Below are positions 21,102-33,800 of a stretch of 64,000 nucleotides of DNA, one piece after another (the first letter of the stretch is position 1; the number at the start of each line of letters is the position of its first letter). The notes below the pieces were generated by a model. The model saw only the letters and a list, made by a program, of their open reading frames with translations. It made no database searches and was not told the DNA's origin. A program made the translations under genes and the position numbers. Location: contig NC_086383.1 of assembly GCF_036588685.1 (NCBI RefSeq), positions 24,986,001-25,050,000 of the forward strand. Reading direction: 5' to 3'. Source of the DNA: Mytilus trossulus. Its lineage: Eukaryota.

Positions 21102-24100
21102 TCAACATTTAAATCTTTGACATTCACAACACTGAGGCAATTTGAACCATCTTTTACCGAATCCTTTTCCTGGACAATAGGTCCAAGCTACGTAGCCCTT
21201 GTAGTTCGATGGTGTACAACGATAGTTCTTAGCAGAACAAGGTAGGCCTACGCATGATTTTGTTCTACAAATATACAATAAAGAATAATGTAAATTACGT
21301 TTTATTTCCGTGGAGAATTAATACAGATATATATATAAGAAAATACAAAAACACATGTTAAAAGGGTCATTTCCTATAGCTAAAACTTATTAGTTATAAA
21401 TCTTTTATCTGTACAAATTTATTCAACAAATTGTAACAATATTTGTTGAGTTATTCCATTGCGCAGTTCAAACAATATATTTTGAGGTTTTGTTTGCTTG
21501 TATTACTCAATTTATTTCACTTGACTGGGCGGAGTTTATCCAGTTCGCTCATAATAAACCAGTCCATCTATAGATGGGTGTTTTATGATACACTCATCAA
21601 TGCATTGTCCAGTCATTCTTTTCTAAATTTCTTTGATGACACTGATAGGTGATTAGAAAAAAGTAATAACTATAACGGCAATCATCATAATCACACACAT
21701 TTTCAAATCGACTGTCCTAATGCAAATTCAAAAACGTAAGCTCCGCCCGATCAGTTGAAATAACATTGGTCATAAAATACAGCCAGTAATTATATTTAAA
21801 ATACTTCAAACGCGGGGTGTAAAGACTGACACCAGTTGTTTGTCTAGATATATACCGGTTGTCTTCTCCTGAATGAAAACCTTTAATTCGGATGTCTATC
21901 ATATTTGTATTACTAGATTTATTTCACTTGACTGGGCGGAAGTTAGCTTATTTAAGACTAGTCCATCTATTGACATGAGTTTTGGGATAAACTCATCATT
22001 AATAAAGTGTTCAGTTATTCGTCCTATATCATACACTCGGTTCTTTAGATATGCGTTTGGTGACACTGACAAGTGATTAGAATTCAATATATCAATTAAA
22101 ACGGCAATCCTTCTTATCGCACACATCTTCAAATAAACTGTCCTTATGCAATTAAAACATAAGCTCCGTCCGATCAGTTGAAATAACATTGGTAATACTT
22201 GTGCACAAAAAGCGTATGAACTCGGAATATTTTAATAAAAGGTCTATCATATTTGTACTCACGCGCAAACAGCGTATGAGAGAGAAGTATTTTAATAAAA
22301 TTTCTTTCATATTTGTACTTTTTCGCAAACTGTTAATGAAAGCGGAGTGTTTTGATAAATTTTCTACCATATTTGTACTTACGAGCACACAGCGTATGAC
22401 AGTGGGGTATTCCACCATCTATTGAGAATCCAACACTTTCCTAGACTACTGCTTAGAAAATGCCATCCTCTTGGATAGACTGTGACAAATTTGTGAGGGC
22501 AAAGGGATAATGAAAATTGCGAACTGAAAAATAAATATGCCTATAAGCAATAATTTGATTCGCTCTTTGTAATGAAACAAACAACATGGATAAACGATGA
22601 GCTGACATTCTACTTATGATAAAAAGAGGATCAAAGAAACACTATGACAAGTGAATTACAGGTCACACATACAATTGTTGTAATTTAAAAATTCTTGTTT
22701 TAGGTCATACCTCCTTTAAATGATATGATCTTATTTGTTGACTTTTTCATTTTTGACTATTTCATTTACAAACACTACAACACAGTCAATGTATAAGTCT
22801 TTGACCTTTTTAGCTATAGTTTGTCGGATTTCAGAGTAGCGGTTTATATACAGTTATGGACAAAAAGATTAAAATGATAAAACATCAGAACTTACACAGA
22901 CGGAAAAAATTCCAGTTTACTCAAACTTGCCATTTCAGCGGCGTCTTTATCGATCAGTGATTTTGTGTCCCTGTCTAACTTCTCATAAGCACCTTCTATT
23001 TCAGCTCTGGAAAGGGTAAAAACGAATTAGTTTTCATTTAAAAAAAGCATTTTAGATGCATCAATTTTGCATGTATGTTTGACAAATGCCTTTGTGCGTG
23101 TTTGTAAATTAAAAATAAAGGAAGCAATAGAAATTCAATGTTTGTAACGTCCATTATTACACCTAAATGGCGTTTAATGAATGATACAATGTATTTGTAA
23201 TCCTGTATGGCTACAATATCATATATCTTTTTTAGACAAGAAATTTGCTTCAATAAAAAAAAGCGTCTGAAAGACAGAAATAAGCAAACGACATTTGCAA
23301 CCACAGATATGTGTTTCTGCAATAGTTCAACCTATTGCATGAGCCGACTCCAAAAAACTATAAATACTGTGGATACATTTGTTCGTGCGTATCAATTTTC
23401 GTGGATTGAGCAAAACTTGCATTTGCGTGGCGACTTGAGTTCTCGCATTTAATTTATTAAATTGTGACAATATGCCCTTCCCCTCCCAAAAGATGTAGAA
23501 TTAAAACAAAAACCAAACGAATATCAACTTCAGAAAGATTCTTGTTGTTTTATTTTGTTTTTTAACTTACTTTGGATAGCCCTTTTCATCTTCCAATTTT
23601 CCTTGAAATGGATCTTCAGTTTTAGCCTCTGATGCACAAATCTGACTGTTGACAACAGCAACAAAACACAACAGAATCCACTGTAATAAGAATACATTAT
23701 TGAAATGAAAGGCCAAAGAACCTATTAGTGACGGAACGGTTAGAAACAATAATTAGTATTCTGAATTTTCATTCTTCAATCGTTTAAATTTTTTTTAGGA
23801 ATCTGGTATTCTTATTTCCAATTGGTATAATTAATAGTAACATTTAGAATCAATACGAGGCATTATTGCTCGATTTATTGCCTTCAACATAGTGACGCAA
23901 AAAACAATGTAATACTACAGTGAAAACATTTAGCTTTTCATCATTTACTATCATTTTATAGATAAACGTACATGTTTGTCATTATCGAATCAAATGTATT
24001 TTTGTGAACACATCGCCTTATATAATATAGGATTTTGATCTATGATTTTAACAAAATTGTTCTTCATTAGCATATGCATTTTATTTTTCATTGGACGTTA

Positions 24101-24890
24101 AAAAAACTACCAATTAATATATTAAGCTGATGGAGATTTATTTCCACGAGGGTATCACCAGCCCAGTAGTCAGCACTTCTGTGTTGACTTGAGTTATCAT
24201 TGATATGTTCATAATCATAAATTAACTGTTAACAACACTTCTAACTTTTAAATTACTAATTGTTTTCTACCTCAGGATTATATTACCTTAGCTGTATTTG
24301 GCAAAACTTTTAGGAATTTTCGGCTCTCAATTCTCTCCAACTTCGCACTTTGTTTTGCCTTTTAAATTGTTTTGATTCGAGCGTCACTGGTAAATCTTTT
24401 GTAGACGAAACGCGCGTCTGGCGTTTATATAAAATATGAGTATATGTATCTATGATGAGTTTATTAATACAAGTTAACAGTTTAAGATTGCTTAATGAGC
24501 AAGGAACGATACCTTTTACTATTTACTATTGAATAAATACTACCATACGAAACCAGTTTTAATTTCAATATAATTTTTGGCGGTACTTCCACTTTGTTTT
24601 ATTTAACAAATGCAAGGTGTCAAAAAATGTCAGGGAAACAATTCTAAAATTCACAAATTTCTATCAGGTCACAATGGAAAATTTGATAAAACAAAATAAA
24701 AATTAACTGAGAATAAATGTTCAAATCAAGAAACTGTATTTTAAATAATGATAGAATCATAAGTATTTGAGAATATATTTAGTGAATAAAGTATATCTAT
24801 TTCTTTATTACTAAATCGAAGTACATGGTTAGTCATATTTTACAGTTTAGAAAATATTCAATCACTTACCAAAATTCTTAGAACAGCCAT
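21102..24890 (-). CDS. Secreted Spaetzle-like cystine-knot protein, type B, copy 1 (181 aa, 5 exons)
   Basis: Minus-strand exons 24890-24870, 23680-23571, 23006-22896, 22523-22383, 21264-21102; all donors GTAAGT, acceptors AG; phases 0,2,2,2 as in type A; 546 nt open. Protein: MAVLRILWILLCFVAVVNSQICASEAKTEDPFQGKLEDEKGYPKAEIEGAYEKLDRDTKSLIDKDAAEMASLSKLEFFPSVSQFSLSLCPHKFVTVYPRGWHFLSSSLGKCWILNRWWNTPLSYAVCSTKSCVGLPCSAKNYRCTPSNYKGYVAWTYCPGKGFGKRWFKLPQCCECQRFKC*. It shares YP, EIxGA, DKDAA, KC..L..WWNT, SNYK, WxYCP and PQCCEC with type A. Confidence 0.9.
21500..22197. repeat. Diverged ~280-bp direct repeat pair in intron 4 of gene B
   Basis: 21500-21775 resembles 21907-22197, sharing tttatttcacttgactgggcgg, agtccatctat, tgacactga and taagctccg.ccgatcagttgaaataacattggt. 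Confidence 0.8.
22195..22412. repeat. Degenerate 60-bp tandem repeat overlapping the exon 4 donor of gene B (duplicate ~42216-42433)
   Basis: catatttgtact recurs every 60 nt, and cagcgtatga-like motifs recur in register. Confidence 0.8.
24150..24465 (+). mobile_element. Retrozyme-like element in intron 1 of B1 (duplicate at ~44103-44418)
   Basis: Same body as the reverse complement of 19483-19793. The hammerhead relic at 24381-24424 (gcgtca-CTGGTAA-atct-tttgt-agac-GAAA-cgcgcg-TC-tggcgt) has a mutated core. Confidence 0.7.
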
Positions 24891-24985
24891 AGTTGTGATT
24901 TCTTTTCTTGAATGAGTAGAGTGTTGTATGATTTGAACTTCGCGGTGTCTTGCCTTTATATCGAAAAAGCATCTATATCATTGGA
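24891..24985 (-). promoter_or_regulatory. Core promoter of gene B1 (CCAAT plus TATA box)
   Basis: On the minus strand, CCAAT at 24984-24980 and TATAAA at 24960-24955, 70 nt before the ATG. The same arrangement precedes B2 (~44836-44930). Confidence 0.7.
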
Positions 24986-26612
24986 TAAAGGATCAGCAAA
25001 TGAAAATGAACGTAAACAATTTAAAGTTTGGTCATCGAACCATAAGAAAAGAAATCGACACCACAAAGGAGTGTAGATAATATCAGTATATAATTTAATG
25101 GATAATAAGTATGACATGCGCCATAAGGCATGAACTTCTTTATTGAATTAAATACTTAAGTAAAGTAAAACTGCTGATTTTGTTTCCGTAAATAATCCTG
25201 GTTGTAACAAAAAAACAGTATTGGTTCAGCAGACTCCATAAGGAAATACATTTACGTTAACTCAACTTATAAAAAATAAGAATTGAAGATCAAAGGAATT
25301 GTCAAATGAATTAACAAAACTAAGGTAAACGGGATCAATTAAAATTAAAACGAAATGTGTGTAGGATGGGAAGATTCGATTGTGTTTTCTTTGTCACTTG
25401 TTTAGCAGTGTTTACAGTACTTCCAATAAAATACATGTTTTATGTTTTGAATATCATACTTTACTAAATTAAGAAGACACTGACATTTATTATATATTAA
25501 CAAAAGAATTTTTCATTAAATAAATATATAAAATGGGTACATACACTCTTTTCAGTATTATCAAGATAAAAAAAAGTCGCAAAATAAAAGAATTTAAAAA
25601 ATTTGAGACAAAAAGCTTCAAAATAAAACATATATATATCGTCTAAAATATGCTTTTCATCGAAAAACAGTTGGTTGTTTTCAAACTAAAAGAAGATGCA
25701 TATGGTTGCTGTATGTGTGTTAGCAATGAAGTAATGCTCAATATGATTTCAACTACGACTACAATTTCGTTTTAGAATATTCACCTTGAATTATAGAACT
25801 ATCACTTCATCAGTTTGTATTTATATATAAGAGGGACGAAAGATACCAAAGGGACTGTCAAACTCATAAATCTAAAACAAACTAACAACGCCATAGCTAA
25901 AAATGGAAAAGACAAACAGAAAAACAACAGCACACATGACACAACATAGAAAAATAAAGAATAAACAACACGAATATAACAGGTGTTCATTGCTTTGATT
26001 ACTTTGCCATTGTCTACAAACAAAAATGCCTGTACTCAGTGAGAATTATGACAGTTGTTATCCATATATTTGATGAATTGAACTTTTAATTTTGCCTTTT
26101 GATTAAGGACTTTTGATTTTTTGTTTTTTATTTTCCTCGGAGTGGGGTATATTTGTTATTTTACTTTTTGAAATTTATAAACTTCACATTTGTCTTACAT
26201 GCTGCTATGTTCAACAATCAAAATGATATTAATACTTTGATAAAAAAAAAGATACCAAAGATATATTTAAAGCTCAAATGTCGACGAAAAACAATATGGC
26301 AATAAACTAAAAAGCACAAAAGACAAACTAATCAACATAAAATACGATGACCTATAGCTGTTGATTTCTGTCATTTTTGGGGATCTTGTGCAGAGTTGTC
26401 TCATTGGCAATCCTACTACATCTTCTTTTTTGTAGATACAAGATTACATTGTGTTAGCAAGAAAGAGACAGTGGATATCAAAGGGACGATATAAATGCAT
26501 AAGCCGAAGATAGACAAAACAAAAACCCACAGAAAATGAGAAATAGAAATAATGAATGGAGCATCAACAGTTAACAATACACTACATAGATATCTAAAGA
26601 TTGAGCAACTCC

Positions 26613-26764
26613 AAAAAAAAAGGAGTGTCGAATAGAAAAAATGAGTGTCGAATAGAAAAAAAGAGTGCCAAATAGAAACAAGAGTGTCGAATAGACAAAA
26701 ACGAGTGTCGAATAAAAAAAAAAGAGTGTCGAATAGTAAAAAAGAGTGTCGAATAGAAAAAAAA
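26613..26764. repeat. ~20-bp minisatellite (A)nGAGTGTCGAATAG x7 (duplicate at ~46560-46710)
   Basis: Seven visible units. Confidence 0.9.
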
Positions 26765-29700
26765 GTAGACGAATTCTTAATTAGAACCAAAAACATTTTT
26801 TTCTATCATAAATGATGGAAAGGACATAAAGGACATAAACCATTACCGTACACAAAAAAAGTGTGTTTTTGTCTATAAGTTCATTGACTAAACACATTTT
26901 AAGTTATATTTAAGGGTTAACGTTTTGGTTTTAACGTATGTTATTTTATCATTTTCATTTTTAAAAAAAACGAAAAAGAAAGGAATACTTTTTTTGTATT
27001 TTCAAGATGATGTACTTTACAACAACAAAGATAAAATATTATTTTAAGCAAACAACTTCAAAAAAATAAGTTTTGTCAGATGAACATAAATATTTTTTAA
27101 TAAAGCCTCTACATAAACTTAAACTGTTGACAGATATATGCATAATTATCTGATAATTTTTGAAGCATTGAAATAAAATCAAAGATCTCCTTAAACCATA
27201 TCATGTTAACCAAGCCCTACTAACTTCACTGGACCGTTGATGTTCGTATACTTTACTGTAAGATTAATTGGATACATGTCCACCAATCAAAATTCTCTAT
27301 CTCATTTTTCTGACAAGTATTTTACACAATTTTTTTTTTTAAGAGTACCAAATAATGATAATGTATAGTTTTAAAAATCTTTTATAAACTATTGAAGAAA
27401 AAAACAGTTTCAATTTTATAATATTGGAGCTGATACTTGAATTCACCAAATTTTAAGTTTTTTTCCCAAATAGTTAAATTTTCGCGTTATTATGTGAAAA
27501 TGTATATGCTTTTTAAAAATTACATAACATAAGAATGTGAAGGATGATTGCCGATGAAAGATAACTATCGCCAAAAAACTAACTACAAGCACATTGAAGG
27601 CGAGAAATGACAATGCCAATGAGAAGCCCTTCGAGACGTATTTTGGGTTTTATTTTCTAAAATTGTTCAAAGTGACTCTTTTTTTAATGATTTTCAAATT
27701 GTAGATACCATAAGAAGTAGAAATGTCAGAAGTTTAATTGTTTATTGTGTCATAACTTTTGTGAGGGATGTTATCATTATCTAATGGGTAAAACACAAAT
27801 GCAAATTTTATGGTTTTAATTTGGTTAGAATACATGGCAAACTTTTCCAGAATTGTTTTTCTCTGAGTTCACCTAGTCAGAAAATAAATATGAGCCTGAT
27901 TAATATCAGGGCCAAATTAAGAATAAAACTTTAAAAATTTCTGCATATTATTTTGTTTATTTTATATAAATCAGTGGTGTAGTTATTATGAAATATGTTT
28001 TGGAAAAATATTGATTTTAGTTGAAATGATAAGACAGACATTTATTGAGTGAGAACTTACTTTTGTCCACTGACTGCACTCTTTTAGGGAAAAAAGAACT
28101 ACATAATTCTAATATATAAAATTTTGAAAAGAGACAAAAAATAGCTATGGGATAATCAAATTTATAAACCGACAAACGATTTTAAAAAGCACGAGGTAAT
28201 GAACAGTATTCAAAATACTACATAGAAAACTTAAAATAAAAATTGATCAACAAGAACTTTACCGAAAATCTGAGTTGAACAGAAAAATTTGTTTTCATAT
28301 ATGATTGAAAGGTTAGGATAACAAAAACTATTCGTGTACTTTAAAAAAAACTTTTTTAAATATATATTTGATGCATCAACTTAAAATATAATATTTGGTG
28401 AATCCTTTCATGTACAAATTTAAGTACTGTAATTACATTAAACTTAAACAAAAAATAAATTTTTCAATATTTTCATCATTTTATTTGCAAAAAAGGAAAG
28501 AAAATACTTTAGTTAACATGTACTAAAGTTTGTAGTTTCAATTTATTCTGCACATTAACAACAGTAAACATTAAATATTTTTTAAAGGAAGCAACTTACA
28601 AAAGAAAACATTAGATATTTTTTATTAGCACTCATTTTAATATTTTGTTTGATGAAGCCGGCAATTAAAATGAAAGTTGTTGACTAAGTTCGTGTTGCTT
28701 ATTCTTTAGTTTGATATGTTGTATCATGTGTACTATCGTTAGTCTGTTTGTCTTTTTCATTTTTTGCCATGGTGTTGTCAGAATATTTTCGATTTATAAG
28801 TTTGACTGTCCATCGGGTGTCATTCCTCCCTCTTTTAAAAAAGGTTTGATCGCTTGATAATGAAATTCTTTTTAAAATAGCATTGAAATACATGTTATGT
28901 AAACTTTAAACCTAAAACAATTAATAAACATACAACTATAATTACAACATAGATGAACATAACAGCAAAACATCTTTTGCTTCACATGACCATTGTTATT
29001 CGCATACTTTAACTCTCTAAGATTTCCATAACCAATAGTCCATTTTCAAATTACCGAGTTGAATATGTTATTACACATTTTAAAATAAATGACTTCCCTT
29101 TGTCAATTGTAGGCTGGTTTTATACCGGACAAAATTGGGTTTGTTTTGCCCATACAAAGCATAAGTTAAACATCGGCGTTTCAACATTTGTATTATAACT
29201 GGTGTCGAAGTGTAGAGTTTAACAACAAATTAAATGGATCAAAAAATTTGAAAAACTTAAAGGTTACACACAAACCGCACAGATAAATTTACTCCTGTCG
29301 ATCCTCTTTTTACTCCCTAAATTTGATGCTAAAGTGGACAACTGAGTTTACCATACATGATAACAAATTGATTTTTTTCATCTCACTCTTGTTGCATACT
29401 TATATGTTATCTGACATGCCATACGATCTAAAGTATATAAATGATAAGATATGCCAGGAGTTATGTTCATTTTTGTAGACTGCACAGAAATATGCTACTA
29501 TTTACTCATAACGCTTACGACATTTTTCTAATTAAAAAATAAAGCTTGCTCGGTTCTATAACTCAGGAAGGGTATACTGTAGACAAATCGCGCTATTTCA
29601 CTTTAAAACTAATTTTTTGTGACTCTTTAAGTAATTGAATCACACAAGTCACAGGTTCAAGATCTCTAAGGTCTTCGTCATGAGTTGGAAAATTTATTGT

Positions 29701-30815
29701 TGCAGCTTTTCACTTTCTCATTACTTAGAACCATCATATCCTTCAAATTCATCTGCCATGGTCAACCATGTAAATAAACAACGACCTTTGAAATTTATCA
29801 GTTCCCTTTTTCCCTATTCTGTTTTCATTAAAAGAAGAACGAAAGATACCAGATGGACAGTCAAACTCATAAATCGAAAATAAACTGACAACGCCATGGC
29901 TAAAAATGAAAAAGACAAACAGACAAACAATAGTACACATGACACAACATTGAAAACTAAAGAATAAACAACACGAACCCCAATATGACAATTGTATTAC
30001 TTTGAATATATTTTGAAAAAACAGTCGGAAGATATCAAAAGGACAATAAAAATTCAATAGACCGATAAAACCATGACAAAACAAGGAGAAACGACGAAAA
30101 GACAGTATATAAAACACTAAAGAGAAAACTAAAGATCAGGCACCATGAACTTGAAGATAATATTATCTAGACTTTTGTTTCATACATAACTAACATTGTT
30201 GTTTTCATAAATGATGAAAATGATGCAATTATAAACAATTCCAATATCCAAGAGTTTTTATCTTTATAAAGAAATTTGTTTTGGATTAGACAAAATATTA
30301 TACTCTTTTTTCAGGTACAAATTTTAGTATTTACTTTAAACTTTAATAAAAACTAAGTGTTTCCTTATTTTTATTATTTTCTTAAAAAGAAAAAGATAAA
30401 GTTTGATAAAAATGCACTAAATTATTATTTAAAGGAAACAACTTTTAACAAATATTTTTTTGTTTGCCGAAAACAGTTTACTTCGCAACTCGTTTGAATA
30501 CTTTTTTTAGTAATGAAATAAATTTGTTGACAATATTTACCAATGATCGCCTGATAATAAAATTTAAAAATAGCACTAAAATACACACAAAAGACATTTA
30601 ATAAAAACCTAGCCCTTCTGACATGAATTAACATAACATCAGTTAAAATCTTATCAACATTTTGCTTCAGTGGACAATTGAAATCCGCAAACGCTCACTC
30701 TTATTTTGATTGGATATAATATCCACCAATCACAATTCTCCATCCAGTATAAATACAACGAACAGCGCTTTATTCAAATTATTAACATATTTAGCAGCAA
30801 CGATATTGATCCAAG

Positions 30816-33800
30816 ATGAAAATATTAAGAACATTGGTACGTATCTATTTCTATTTTAATTCATATATTATTCTATAGAAATTATTTTATAGTTTTAACT
30901 GATAAACAATATGTTAAAAATATATATACTAGTGCCTCTAATTCTCATGTTCAAAATGGTTCTCCATAAGTATTTCATTTATTCATTTTTATTTTTATTT
31001 TTGAGTATTTATTGACCTCTCGTTTACTTGATAATGCAATTATTTTCTTATACTATCTATTGATATCTTTATTTTTGTATTTTTCAATTATTTTTTGCAC
31101 CATTTATATATTTTGATTATTTATCTATGTATCTATGCCATCATCTTTAGATGGTAAGCAATCAAGCAAAAGACATTTAAAAACTAATGATCATTTGTCA
31201 AGTTCCATTTCCAATGTTTGATCAAATTCAGATATGGCATCTTATTCATATTCATTGTTTGTGGAGAAAACAAATTCAGGTTTTTGGCATTAAAAAACAA
31301 CCTCTGTGCAAAAAGCAATACGACACTTAGATTCATAAGACTTTTAAAAAACTAAAAATCGTCCGTCAACATCCAATTGGAACATTGAATTGTCATTTCA
31401 TAAAACTAAAGTTAAGTTTGTATACATGTTTTTTTTTATCTTTGATGATTTCACATTTGTGCTCTGAAAAAAGGTGCAAACTAAGTAAACTGTATTTGAT
31501 AAATGCATATTAAAATGCAGGTGCTTGTTGACATAATTGATTTGTATTATCAATACCTTCGTTTTTTAGGTATTCTTCTGTGTCTTGGCATATGGTTTCT
31601 GCCAAGAAGAAGACCAATGTGATTCTCAGTATAATGATGATATTCTAGCAGGATTTGATTTCGATGATGCCGATAAATACCCTGAGTGAGTTAGCTTCAT
31701 CTATGATGTTTTGTCTTATCGTATGGCGTTTATATTGATTGATTGTTGTTTGCTTAACGTCCAGTGGCAAATATTTCATGAATATTCAGGACGAATATGT
31801 CGTTTATATATCAATTAATCTTTGTTTCTTTAAAATGTTCTTAGTCTTATCAATTAAACTTCAAGAAACTAATTCATAAATGATTTGGTATATATATCAT
31901 ATTTTATAAAAAAAAAAGTAATTCCGAGAATCCCGTATCACGATGGTATCATTTGCGCCAAAGATAAAACATACGATTGCGCCAATTTGAAGAAAAATGA
32001 CTCCCCTCCTCCTTTATCGGACTTGAAACCTACAGTTTACACGGCAAATGTGTCCTTTTCTGAAACATACTTTCTTCTTACTGCTAATGAATGGGTACTT
32101 CCTTATATAATGTATGTAGTAGCTTGTAACTTCACTTTATTGTCCAGAAAAATAAAAAATGAAGGATACAATGCATACGACAGTTCATAATAATTATCCG
32201 TGGAATGCTTTTGCGGTAGATAGAGTTTCAGGCCGGATGGTGGAACAAAGCACGGTGTCCTCAACATATTTGGATAAAACATGATCAGCAAAAGCTTCTG
32301 TTTTCTTCTCTTTTGGCATATCGTGAATTTAATATTCAGCAAAGCAATAAGTTTTATTCTCTCTCTGTACATGGACTGTCTATTGCATTTTAAGTCATTT
32401 CTCTCTAGATGCTCATCTTCATGGTGAAATATCTCCGACCATCTGATACTATTTAGGCCAAAAATAAATTTACATATTAATCATTTAAATTTATAATTAT
32501 AGATATTTGTACAGGTAAATTGGCGCAAATGAGTTCCGATTATTGGCGCAAATGATACATTTGGAAAACAAAATTTGGCGCAAATGATACCCCTGAAAAA
32601 CAGTAATTGGCGCAAAAAGACTGCTGCCAGAAAATGCATGTACCAAGTCAGGAATATGACAGCTGTTATCCATTCGTTTTATGTTTTTGAGCTTTGATTT
32701 GCCATTTCCGTTTTGAATTTTCCTCGGAGTTCGGTATTTATGTTATTGTAAAGCTAGCATGAAATATTTCCATGCTGATATATTTGTGATGTTGATTAAG
32801 CTTAATTACTCTAAAACTTATTCTATTGTAGGGGTGAAATAGCTGGGGCGGAAAAAGAACTCTCTAAACAGAATGCAAGAGATTATGAGCAGTTAAAGAG
32901 TGACAAAGACGCTGCACAAAGCCTCATTTCTTTAAATATCAAAGAGCAGTGGATCGCACCACCGTAAGATAAATACATTACCATATGCATCATTTTAATT
33001 GATTTTCACATTCATGCTTAACTCTGGACCACATTTTTATGCCCCTACTACGATAGTAGAGGATGACGTGTTTTCTGGTCGTTCGATTGTCCGTCTGTCC
33101 GCTTCATGTTCACGTTTTTTAGCTAGGTAGTTTTTGAGGTAGTTGACGTCCGAACAGCTTGAAACTTAGTACACATCACATGCTCCCTATGATATGATTT
33201 TTCTTATTTTATTGACAAATAAGAGTTTTTATCCCAATTTCAAGGTCCATTGAACATAGAAAAAGTAGTGCGAGTGGGCATCTGTGTACTCTGCACACAT
33301 TTTTGTTTTGAATTTTTACTTGGAAGTGTCTTCGTTCTTGTATTGTTTTATTAATGACATAAATTGCTGACAGAACACAAAAAAGTTCTGCTATTTAAAG
33401 CTCAAAATTATTGCTTTCAATGGTAGGTACACACTGTATTTGGCAAAACTTTTAGGAAATTTTGGTCCTCTTTGCTCTTCAACTTCGTACTTTATTTGGC
33501 CTTGATTCGAGGGTCACTGGTAAGTCTTTTGAATACAAACCGTGCGTCTGGTGTAAATATTAAATTTCAATCCTGGTATAAGAATAAGAATAAGAATACT
33601 TTATTAATCCAATTATGGACCCTTGCGGGTTTTAAATTTCATACAATGATTACAATGATTTGTCATAACAATGAAATAATAAAATGAAATACATGACAAT
33701 AGAACACTGAACAGTTATTGCATGCACTGGAATAGAAAGTAATATGGGAGACAATCAATTTCTGTAAGGATTATTCCCCTTTAAACAGATGTGGTGTTTT

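Noticed and set aside
21873-22425. Overlapping ORFs, or an alternative exon 5 for gene B
   Set aside because: They lie in intronic repeats and lack the Cys framework. The real exon 5 is at 21264-21102.
26416-26796. 126-aa ORF with repeated LFDT motifs
   Set aside because: It is a translation of a 20-bp minisatellite, and the frame is not kept in the duplicate (46518-46742).
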